Below the pieces are notes generated by a model, which did not search any database, was not told the DNA's origin, and saw only the letters and a program-made list of their open reading frames with translations. 45,895 nt of DNA. It comes from an uncultured Acidobacteriaceae bacterium (GTDB taxonomy: Bacteria > Acidobacteriota > Terriglobia > Terriglobales > Acidobacteriaceae). Shown piece by piece: positions 38,658 through 45,895 of this stretch. Location: contig CAXTMW010000003.1 in NCBI GenBank assembly GCA_964245455.1, positions 711 through 46,605 of the forward strand. Reading direction: 5' to 3'. Positions within the stretch are counted from its first letter, which is position 1, and every line of letters begins with the position of its first letter. Both the position numbers and the translations under genes were made by a program.

Positions 38658-38945
38658 TTGAAGCCAAGAATCATCGTAGGGATAATTTGCTTCTGCGCCG
38701 CTATGAGTGGTTTGTTCTTAGCGAACATATTTGTAACAATGATGATTGGGGAGATCAACCGCAAGAGACAAGATGGAAATCTTGTCTCTTACTTTGGTTT
38801 TACCGGTCCAAAAGTCTTGCGGAGTTGTTCTGAGTATTATAGTACCTACCCAGACGGAAAGGTGCTCATCTACGCGGTTATTGCCTTTGCCCTAGCGGTG
38901 GTCGGCCTAGTTGGATGTGCCGTTTGTCTACGAATCATTGGCTGA
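38658..38945 (+). CDS. Small two-TM hypothetical protein, AT-rich
   Basis: Two hydrophobic helices flank a soluble loop; visibly lower GC than pyrG. Confidence 0.6.
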   Translation: MKPRIIVGIICFCAAMSGLFLANIFVTMMIGEINRKRQDGNLVSYFGFTGPKVLRSCSEYYSTYPDGKVLIYAVIAFALAVVGLVGCAVCLRIIG

Positions 38946-39053
38946 AATGAACGCCGCTTGTATCTCTGTGATTTGCGCTAGAGCATTCTCTGCTAGATCA
39001 GAATAAAAGCTCGGAACATAACGCGCGAGTAGCGGGACTTCTCTTGACATACA

Positions 39054-39091
39054 AAGGGCAAGCTAACTCGCACGCAGGAAAGCTTGCCCTT
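39054..39091. terminator. Stem-loop between convergent genes
   Basis: AAGGGCAAGCT-16 nt-AGCTTGCCCTT, perfect 11-bp arms. Confidence 0.55.
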
Positions 39092-39107
39092 AGTTCACGC
39101 CATCCTC

Positions 39108-39473
39108 CTACTTGCTTTGATTTACCCCCGCCTGCGCATCCGGCCGGTCCTCGACTACCTTCTTCTGCCCCACACTCTCCTCTGTCTGCGAGCGGCCGCT
39201 GATGCCCTGCCGTGCGCCTTCAGGCGAGCGCGTGGCGAGCGAGCCTTCCAGCACTGTCTCCGGAATGTGCGGCGACACGCCGTGACCACCGCCCGCGCTG
39301 GGCGCGTGGACCGGTCCACGATTGGTCGCCGTCTGCGCGCCTTCGCTTTCGGCGTAGGTCGCCGCATCCTCGCCCCGTCCTACTGTCGACTCCGACAAGC
39401 CGGGCTCCAGGTCGCTCTCGTCAAACTCGTGGTTCGCCCCTGATTCGGTGTGCGGTGTCGTTTGGTGTGCCAT
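39108..39473 (-). CDS. Hydrophilic, probably disordered hypothetical protein
   Basis: AGGAG RBS; rich in Gly/Glu/Ser/Thr, no Cys or Trp, no hydrophobic core. Confidence 0.7.
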   Translation of the reverse strand: MAHQTTPHTESGANHEFDESDLEPGLSESTVGRGEDAATYAESEGAQTATNRGPVHAPSAGGGHGVSPHIPETVLEGSLATRSPEGARQGISGRSQTEESVGQKKVVEDRPDAQAGVNQSK

Positions 39474-39549
39474 ATGTCTGTTCTCCTGCTTCGTAAGAGC
39501 GTCCGAACCGCAAAGGCGTTGGCTGCCGGCGACCCTTACCGCGCGCGGC

Positions 39550-39568
39550 GCTGTGATTCAATCACAGC
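39550..39568. promoter_or_regulatory. Perfect palindrome immediately before the probable kdsA start
   Basis: GCTGTGATT-C-AATCACAGC. Confidence 0.45.
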
Positions 39569-39569
39569 T

Positions 39570-40427
39570 GTGACTACCCATCTCATCCCCGACCGACCCA
39601 TCCCCGATTACGAGGTCGGCAACGTCGCTGTCGGCGCAGGCCGCCTTTTCCTCATCGCCGGCCCTTGCGTGATCGAGAGCGAAGCGCATGCACGGAGCAT
39701 GGCTGAAAGCATCGGCCGCATCACCGCGGACCTGCAGATGCCGTACATCTTCAAATCCTCCTACGACAAGGCCAACCGGACCTCGGTCACGAGCTTCCGC
39801 GGCCCGGGCCTCCGCGAGGGCACGCGCATCCTGCGGACCATTGCTGAAACTACCGGACTTCCCGTGCTGACCGACGTCCATGAGCCTGCGCACTGCGAGA
39901 TCGCAGCCGAGGGCGCAGACGTCTTGCAGATCCCGGCGTTTCTGTGCCGGCAAACCGACCTGCTCGTCGCTGCCGGGGCTACCGGCCGCGCTGTCAACGT
40001 AAAAAAGGGCCAGTTTGTCGCCCCGGGAGACATGGAGCACGCCGTCGGAAAAATACTGACCACCGGCAACGAGCGCATCTCGCTCACCGAGCGCGGCACC
40101 ACCTTCGGCTACGGCAACCTGGTGGTCGACATGCGCTCGCTCGGCATCCTGCGCAGGCTCGCCCCGGTGGTGTTTGACGGCACCCACTCCGTCCAGATGC
40201 CGTCCGCCGCGAACGGCGTCTCCGGCGGCCAGCCCGAGTTTATCCCGCTGCTCGCCCGCGCAGCTGTTGCCGCGGGCATCGACGGCATCTTCCTTGAAGT
40301 CCATGACAACCCGGCAGAGGCCAAGTCCGACGGCGCCAACGCTCTCCGGCTCGAGCTGCTCCGGCCGCTGCTCCAAACGCTGCTGGCGCTCCACGTGCTG
40401 GCGCCGAAGCGGGCAAGCGCAGCATGA
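39570..40427 (+). CDS. kdsA: KDO 8-phosphate synthase
   Basis: LIAGPCVIES, FKSSYDKANRTS, LQIPAFLCRQTDL, VKKGQF, FDGTHSVQ, SDG; probable GTG start at 39570. Confidence 0.97.
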   Translation: MTTHLIPDRPIPDYEVGNVAVGAGRLFLIAGPCVIESEAHARSMAESIGRITADLQMPYIFKSSYDKANRTSVTSFRGPGLREGTRILRTIAETTGLPVLTDVHEPAHCEIAAEGADVLQIPAFLCRQTDLLVAAGATGRAVNVKKGQFVAPGDMEHAVGKILTTGNERISLTERGTTFGYGNLVVDMRSLGILRRLAPVVFDGTHSVQMPSAANGVSGGQPEFIPLLARAAVAAGIDGIFLEVHDNPAEAKSDGANALRLELLRPLLQTLLALHVLAPKRASAA

Positions 40428-40651
40428 TCGCCCGCGCTCTTGCCTCTTCTGCCAAGGCCAGGCTCAGTCCTTGCCGGACGGCGAACCCGTCCACAGAGAC
40501 ATTGCAGGAAGTGTATTTCACCGATGTATGACGGATCACTGTCGAGAAAACGACGTAGCAAGACTCATCCGCTGCAAAGGAAGGCCTGGAAATCTCAGAG
40601 CCTTCCCATTTAAACCATCATGGTTGTCCAAGGCCGCTAAGTGCAGCCTCA

Positions 40652-41539
40652 TCAGAAATACTTCATGTTCGTCAGATCTTCGATCAACCCTGGTCCAGTC
40701 GGCTCCCAGCGTAGCGTTTTGCGCGTCCACTCGCTCGAAGCCGGCATATCCAATCCCGCGAAGTGTGCAAACCACCCAAAGTGCTCGGCAACCTTCTCCG
40801 GATCGATAGACACCGTCGGCATCTTCAGCCCTTTACCGAGCGTTTCCGCAATCTCCCGTAATGCCACTCCTTCTTCCTGAACCGCGTGATACACCGTCAT
40901 GCCCGGTCCCGTCTGCTCGACCGCCAGATGATACAGGTGCGCTACGTCCTTCAGCGGAGCCGCGGCCCAGCGGTTCGCGCCCTCGCCGACATATGCGGAA
41001 ACACCCTTGTCGCGAGCCATTTGCGTCAGCAGCACCACAAGCCCCTGCTTGCGTGTGTCATGCACCTGCGGCAGGCGCACGATTGCCACATGCACACCCC
41101 GCTCGGCTGCGACCCTGGCGGTGTCTTCAGGCTGCCGCGGGATGGAGGCTGAGCTTGCCGGCGGATCGCTCTCCGTGCGCACATGCCCCGGTCCGCCGCT
41201 CATGATCCCTATCCCGGAGGTCACGACGAGCAGCTTGCCGGGTTCAAGGACAGAACCTATCGCCTCAATCGCCTTCCGCTCATCCTCCCCGTTCTGCGCG
41301 AACTTTGAGAAGTCGTTGTTAAACGCCAGGTTCACCACAGCATCCATACCGGCAGCCCCGCTGCGCAGGCTGTCCAAGTCCTGGAGATCGCCGCGATGCA
41401 CCTCGGCGCCCGCGGCCTTCAACTGCTCCGCGCCGGCGTTGCTGCGTGCAAGCCCGCGGACTTGGTGGCCTGCCTCGATGAGCTCCTTTACCAGTTCCGT
41501 TCCAATAAAACCTGTAGCGCCCGTCACAAAAACTCTCAT
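40652..41539 (-). CDS. Atypical SDR / NAD-dependent epimerase family oxidoreductase
   Basis: MRVFVTGATGFIG; paralog of 24611-25576. Confidence 0.93.
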   Translation of the reverse strand: MRVFVTGATGFIGTELVKELIEAGHQVRGLARSNAGAEQLKAAGAEVHRGDLQDLDSLRSGAAGMDAVVNLAFNNDFSKFAQNGEDERKAIEAIGSVLEPGKLLVVTSGIGIMSGGPGHVRTESDPPASSASIPRQPEDTARVAAERGVHVAIVRLPQVHDTRKQGLVVLLTQMARDKGVSAYVGEGANRWAAAPLKDVAHLYHLAVEQTGPGMTVYHAVQEEGVALREIAETLGKGLKMPTVSIDPEKVAEHFGWFAHFAGLDMPASSEWTRKTLRWEPTGPGLIEDLTNMKYF

Positions 41540-41624
41540 TGGCTCTTCCCCCTCCTACTGTTTCGCCGGCATGACCGCAGTAGCGCCTCGCCGAAATTGA
41601 CATCCGTGTCTCCGCAACATAGAA

Positions 41625-41671
41625 CGGGGACAGTCTCCGGATAGATAGATAAGCGGGGACAGTCTCCGGAT
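41625..41671. promoter_or_regulatory. Twin TetR operators
   Basis: Exact 18-bp direct repeat CGGGGACAGTCTCCGGAT at 41625 and 41654. Each contains the near-palindrome CGGGGAC-A-GTCTCCG and lies between the divergent SDR and TetR genes. Confidence 0.8.
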
Positions 41672-41695
41672 TCGAAAGATTATGCAGAATCGGGT

Positions 41696-42328
41696 ATGTT
41701 GAAGACGCAGCCTTCGCCACCTTCGGCCGCACGTAAACCGCGCGCGGATGCGCAGCGCAATCGTGAGCGCATCTTGGAAGTCGCTCGGCTCGCCTTCACC
41801 CGGCACGGAGCCGACGCTACGCTCGACGACATTGCCCGCCAGGCGGGTATCGGTTCAGGTACGCTCTACCGTCACTTTCCCACCCGCGATGCCTTGATCG
41901 AAGCCGTTTATCGCAGCGAAGTCGAAAAACTGACGGCAGCCAGTCGTCGCTTCGCCGCTACAGTGCCGCCGCTTGAAGCTCTTCGAGCCTGGATGCTCCT
42001 CTTTGTCGATCACGTGGCCGGCAAGAAACTCATCCTCCCCGCAATGGATACTGTGGCGGGCGGCTCCATGCGCCTCATGGAAGGCACGCGCGGTCTGATC
42101 CACGGCGCATTTCTCACTTTGGCTCAGCGCGCTATTGAAAACGGCGATCTGCGTTCGGACACGGAACCGAACGACTTCATGCGCGCCCTCGTCGGTATCT
42201 TTCACACGACTGCTCTGCCGGGTTGGGAGCCGAGCGCCCGCAGGATTGTCGACATCCTCATCGACGGTTCACGCCCAACGAACGCGCAGCCTCATGTTCG
42301 TTCCACTAAAAAAAGGCCCCTCGGGTGA
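41696..42328 (+). CDS. TetR/AcrR family regulator
   Basis: RADAQRNRERILEVA...TLDDIARQAGIGSGTLYRHFPTRDAL. Confidence 0.95.
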   Translation: MLKTQPSPPSAARKPRADAQRNRERILEVARLAFTRHGADATLDDIARQAGIGSGTLYRHFPTRDALIEAVYRSEVEKLTAASRRFAATVPPLEALRAWMLLFVDHVAGKKLILPAMDTVAGGSMRLMEGTRGLIHGAFLTLAQRAIENGDLRSDTEPNDFMRALVGIFHTTALPGWEPSARRIVDILIDGSRPTNAQPHVRSTKKRPLG

Positions 42329-42334
42329 GGGGCC
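42308..42334 (-). terminator. Rho-independent terminator of the OmpA gene
   Basis: GGCCCCTC-GGGT-GAGGGGCC with an A7 tract on the left (U tract on the minus strand). Confidence 0.8.
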
Positions 42335-42391
42335 AATCTGCCTTGCTTCTCTCGTTTTCAGCGAGAGCCTGGTTGCGGCGGGCGCTCGCGG

Positions 42392-43321
42392 CTACTGCGT
42401 AGGTCCAGCCGTCGGAGTTGCCTGCTGCGGGGCTGTCGTGGGGCTCGGAGCTATGGTGCCCGGCGCCGTGCTGCTGCTCCCCGCGCCCGCGCTGGCACCC
42501 GTCGCCGCCAAACTGTTCTGCATCACGCTAACCCGAACCGCATTGCCGGTCGCCAGGCTTTCATCCTGTGCCTTAGCATTGCCCAGCGCGATCTGGTGAA
42601 TCCGGTAGACCGGAATCTGATGCTCCTCGACCAGGTAGCGCACCACCGCGTCGGACATATGCTGCGAGCTCTCGATGCCGGCCGCGCCGCGCAGGTGCGA
42701 GTAACCGGAAATTTCAACCACGTAGCCTTTTTGCCCCTGCAGCTGCACCGCTACCTGGTCCAAAGCCTGCTTCGCCCGGGCATTGAGCACGGTCTGCCCA
42801 GGCCGGAAGCGAAGCTCCGTATCGGACACCTTCGAGTACTGATCCAACCCAGACACGGTCGTGTTCAGCTGCGTCGTCTGCGTGTTGGCCTGCTGCGCCA
42901 TCTGCTGCGCCTGGCCCGCGGTCGAGTTCGCCGTGGTCGCCAGCTGATTCGCCTGGTCAGCGCTCGTCTGCGCCTGCCGGATGCCGGCGCCTGTTTTTGC
43001 ATCCAGCGCCTGAATATCGCGGCCGTTCTTCGCCTGGAGCTGGTCCAGCTCATTCAGGCGGCCCTTCACCGGATCCAGCTGTCGGTTCACCCACTTCTTC
43101 CGTGCAAACGGGTTCAGGTGCCCCCAGAAGCCTTCCTTGGACTGCGAAGCCAGCGGTGCGCCAGTCGCGTACGTGCCGTTGTCCGCCGGGTTCATAGTGG
43201 AGTTGCCAGTGCCTTGTGTAGGCGTAGCGCCCTGCGTCGAACCGGTTGTTTGCGCCATGGCCGGCAGTGCCAGGGATGCTGCAAGCAGCAAAGCCGCGGG
43301 ATAGTGCTTCGATATCTTCAT
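42392..43321 (-). CDS. Secreted OmpA-family protein with an Ala/Gln coiled coil
   Basis: Signal peptide MKISKHYPAALLLAASLALPAMA; Ala/Gln zipper; degenerate OmpA C-domain (LRFRPGQTVL...VEISGYS...VVRYLV...ALGNA). Confidence 0.8.
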   Translation of the reverse strand: MKISKHYPAALLLAASLALPAMAQTTGSTQGATPTQGTGNSTMNPADNGTYATGAPLASQSKEGFWGHLNPFARKKWVNRQLDPVKGRLNELDQLQAKNGRDIQALDAKTGAGIRQAQTSADQANQLATTANSTAGQAQQMAQQANTQTTQLNTTVSGLDQYSKVSDTELRFRPGQTVLNARAKQALDQVAVQLQGQKGYVVEISGYSHLRGAAGIESSQHMSDAVVRYLVEEHQIPVYRIHQIALGNAKAQDESLATGNAVRVSVMQNSLAATGASAGAGSSSTAPGTIAPSPTTAPQQATPTAGPTQ

Positions 43322-43390
43322 AAGAATCAGCCTCGCATCTGGGGGAACACGCACCCACGCTTAGGTGGAGTGCCGCCAACAAGACTGGGT

Positions 43391-43407
43391 TGCATGTTGT
43401 GTGCCAA
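43391..43407 (-). promoter_or_regulatory. Candidate sigma54 promoter
   Basis: TTGGCACACAACATGCA on the minus strand (GG-N10-GC), about 70 nt upstream of the OmpA gene start. Confidence 0.5.
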
Positions 43408-43583
43408 AGTCGGGCAGGCTCCTAGAGTTTTTCTGCCCCTCTCCCGTCCAAGCGCCGTAACCCGTGTGCCTGCAATCCCGATCCTTAAAAGAGAAAGCCC
43501 AGCGACCTCGCCGTCCGCCAGAAAACGCCGCCGCACCTGGCGCACTTCTTACATGTTTAGCGCGGCAATTGCTCTCTGCCGAA

Positions 43584-44168
43584 CTATCGCGCGTCTACCT
43601 GGATCACCCGGACCTCCGGGTACGCTCCATTCCAGCTTTGCGGCGTCGCATCGAAAATCAGCCGAAACGAGCGGTTCTCACCCGGCCTTATCGGCTCGGC
43701 ACTCACCGGCTCCGTGTCAACATAAGGCTCCCGAAAGCGAATCAGGTTGAGCGGCAGGGTTTCTTTTGCCGCCAGCGTTCCCGCGATGTCCTTAAAGGCG
43801 ATCTGCACCGTAATCGCGCGAACAACACGGTCGCCGTTGTTTCGCACCATCCCATCGAGGTAGGTCTCCTTGCCGCCCGACAAGTTGCTGGAGTCGCTCA
43901 TCTGCAAGCCCGAGATCGGGAGCGAGGCCGCATAGGCCGCCGGCTGTGCCAGCCCCGCGCCTCCGGGGTTACTCGCCTCGCGACTGCTTCTCCCCAGCAG
44001 CAGAAGTCCCGCCACAATTAGCAAAACAAAAAAAACGGCAGCAGCAAACGGCTTCCAGGGCCGCGGTTCCGGCTGCCGCAGCGCGCCTCCGCCCGTAAAT
44101 CCACCGCCTGCCGCAAACGGTTCGCGCTGGTTGATCTCCCTTTGCCCGTCTTTGCCCTCGGCGCTCAT
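43584..44168 (-). CDS. Membrane-anchored Ig-like protein (FxLYD/DUF2393-like)
   Basis: Single TM, then TYLDGMVRNNGDR...VQIAFKD...PIRPGENRSFRLIF. Confidence 0.7.
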   Translation of the reverse strand: MSAEGKDGQREINQREPFAAGGGFTGGGALRQPEPRPWKPFAAAVFFVLLIVAGLLLLGRSSREASNPGGAGLAQPAAYAASLPISGLQMSDSSNLSGGKETYLDGMVRNNGDRVVRAITVQIAFKDIAGTLAAKETLPLNLIRFREPYVDTEPVSAEPIRPGENRSFRLIFDATPQSWNGAYPEVRVIQVDAR

Positions 44169-44343
44169 GCCTTATCGTACTGCTCGGCCAGCGCCGGCAG
44201 CCTCCGACGGCAACCTGGACGACCAAAGTGTCTAAAGTAATGGTCTACGTGAAAGCTTTATCTCTCCGTAAGCTTCCGCGCCTTATAAAGAATCGACCGC
44301 ACCCTTTCGCCCTGCCTTTACCCCTACTCCGGAGAGTTCTGAC

Positions 44344-44463
44344 ATGCTATCAACCGCCGCGAACTTCCCGTCTGGCTCGGGCGAGCGTGCGCTGAGTGAA
44401 CGACCCTATCGCATCGCGGCTGCCCTCGCTGCGCTTCTTGTTCTTCTTACGGCTGCAGCCTGA
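44344..44463 (+). CDS. Candidate 39-aa tail-anchored small protein MLSTAANFPSGSGERALSERPYRIAAALAALLVLLTAAA
   Basis: GGAGA RBS; C-terminal hydrophobic helix; fits in the intergenic space; below the ORF-track cutoff. Confidence 0.55.
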   Translation: MLSTAANFPSGSGERALSERPYRIAAALAALLVLLTAAA

Positions 44464-44485
44464 AGGGCCGCATAGCCCGCGTTCC

Positions 44486-45460
44486 TCAGCTGAAGCGCGC
44501 GCGCTTCGCTCCCAGCCGGTAATCCGCGCCGCGCATCTCAACCGCCACGCACATCTCCTGCAGCCGCGACCACATGCGGTCGCCGATGCGGTCGCCGAGC
44601 GTTTCGCGCCGCACTGCCCAGCCGGAGGCAATCGCCGCATCGCTCATCGGCTCTGCCGCGCTACGTCTGAAGCCTGCTTTTGGCTCCCTCCCTCGCCCCT
44701 CGGCATCCATCTGCGTCAGGGCAGCGTCACTCACGTCTTCCAGACCGTCGGCCGAGCTCGCCCCAGCCGGCAGGTTCGCGTAGTTGGTCGTGACGATGGT
44801 CGTTCGCTTGTTGTTGTAGCGGGTGTTCAGGATCAACGCCACTGTATCGCTCACCCACTCGGTCGGCTTCACAGCGCCCAGTTCGTCCAGCACCAGGACC
44901 TCGGAGTCGAATACCGGCCTGAACAAGTCCAGCTCTCTCACTTCCGAACGGGCGTTGTAGGAGTTTGTGATCTGCTTCAACAATTCGCGGTAGTCGCAGA
45001 ACAGTGCGGCGATGCCCCTGCGTAACGTCAAACGCTGCAGAATGGCAACGGCCAGATGAGTTTTGCCGACGCCCACGGAGCCGGTAAACAGAAGACCCTC
45101 CTCGACCACCGGGTATTTTTCCGCGAACTCCTGCGCCATGTTGAAGGCGCGGGTGAGGTTCTCCCCGGATCGCTTGAACGTGCTCATCGTGCATGTTTCG
45201 TAGCGCTTCGGTATCTGCGCCTTTCGCAGCAGTGCGTGCATTTTGCGCTCGTGCCGGCACTCGCACTCTTCCGCAAAACGGCGCCCGTCCGGCTGCGTGA
45301 CGATCCGCATACCCAAGCCATCGCAGGACGGGCACACCTCCGGCGCTCTTTCTGCGCTTTGCTGGCACAGGCAGACCTCCGTTTCTTGAACGCCATTCGG
45401 CAGCGTCAGCACCCGGGCACCTTGACCGCCACAAAAGGGACACACAGCGGTATCTGGCAT
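44486..45460 (-). CDS. DnaC/IstB-family AAA+ ATPase (probable helicase loader) with two N-terminal Zn-finger repeats
   Basis: IPKRY, Walker A GSVGVGKTHL, Walker B LVLDELG, RYNNKRTTIVTTN, RIGDRMWSRL. Confidence 0.85.
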   Translation of the reverse strand: MPDTAVCPFCGGQGARVLTLPNGVQETEVCLCQQSAERAPEVCPSCDGLGMRIVTQPDGRRFAEECECRHERKMHALLRKAQIPKRYETCTMSTFKRSGENLTRAFNMAQEFAEKYPVVEEGLLFTGSVGVGKTHLAVAILQRLTLRRGIAALFCDYRELLKQITNSYNARSEVRELDLFRPVFDSEVLVLDELGAVKPTEWVSDTVALILNTRYNNKRTTIVTTNYANLPAGASSADGLEDVSDAALTQMDAEGRGREPKAGFRRSAAEPMSDAAIASGWAVRRETLGDRIGDRMWSRLQEMCVAVEMRGADYRLGAKRARFS

Positions 45461-45591
45461 CTTCCAAGTATGGCAAACTCCTCGCCGCACTTGCATCCAA
45501 ATCGCTCCGGTGACATCTTTATGGAGGCGATCTCAATTGCTCCCAGGCGGTGTACGCCGGCATGGACGGATCGCGGGAAAGGTTCAAGACC

Positions 45592-45816
45592 ATGGCAAAG
45601 CAAGGCATCCATCCGAGTTACGGCGAAATCAACGTGAAGTGTGCGTGCGGTACACAGTTTGCAACGCGTTCGACCCACAAGGGCGACATCAACGTCGAAA
45701 TCTGCTCAGCATGCCACCCCTTCTTCACCGGCAAGCAGAAGATGATCGATACAGCGGGACGCATCGAGCGCTTCCGCCGCAAGATCGCAAAGAGCGAGCA
45801 GCCTGCAGCGAAGTAA
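45592..45816 (+). CDS. rpmE: 50S ribosomal protein L31 (Zn-binding form)
   Basis: KQGIHPSY...CACG...[24 protein letters not shown]; GAAAGG RBS. Confidence 0.98.
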   Translation: MAKQGIHPSYGEINVKCACGTQFATRSTHKGDINVEICSACHPFFTGKQKMIDTAGRIERFRRKIAKSEQPAAK

Positions 45817-45833
45817 GCGCAAACATGAGAACC

Positions 45834-45867
45834 GCAGAAGCCTCCGGGTCGCGGGGGCCTTTCTGTT
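45834..45867 (+). terminator. Probable terminator after rpmE
   Basis: GCAGAAGCCTCCG-GGTCG-CGGGGGCCTTTCTGT imperfect hairpin ending in a T-rich stretch. Confidence 0.55.
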
Positions 45868-45895
45868 GGCTATACGCTGCCTTGAGTGATCCGGG

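Noticed and set aside
40424-40531. 35-aa ORF (MIARALA...) ATGA-coupled to kdsA
   Set aside because: At most a truncated gene start; composition is not protein-like beyond the first residues.
44486-45460. IS21 element (IstB)
   Set aside because: No istA transposase or terminal inverted repeats; the context is housekeeping.

Overview
A GC-rich bacterial chromosomal segment; the gene set suggests Acidobacteriota/Terriglobia (inference). A minus-strand tRNA-Val(CAC) at 28485-28559 splits it into two parts. The left, accessory-like part holds: a chemotaxis cluster (cheA partial, MCP, cheW, and a divergent cheY plus CheX-like gene, with sigma28-type promoters); a spore photoproduct lyase homolog that keeps the key catalytic residues; a cytochrome P450 pseudogene; a secreted amidase; three YsnF/AvaK (DUF2382) paralogs with a membrane-anchored OmpA-domain gene among them; an orphan Tad pseudopilin trio; MgtC, UPF0182, a beta-barrel protein and a GH3 glycosidase; two SDRs (one frameshifted) with AraC; and a phage-type 'MGYTHYW' protein abutting the tRNA 3' end. 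The right, core-like part holds ECF sigma/anti-sigma/DUF3106, proline dehydrogenase, moaA, an ArgA-like GNAT, a REP-like palindrome, a GT-C-like membrane protein, pyrG, kdsA, an SDR/TetR pair with twin operators, an OmpA protein, a DnaC-like ATPase with a duplicated Zn finger, and rpmE. The most interesting candidate system is a desiccation/dormancy toolkit in an apparently non-sporulating diderm: SP lyase, the DUF2382 x3 + OmpA cluster, and a hydrophilin-like protein. No CRISPR array, rRNA, integrase or transposase was seen. All family calls come from motif recognition, not database searches.
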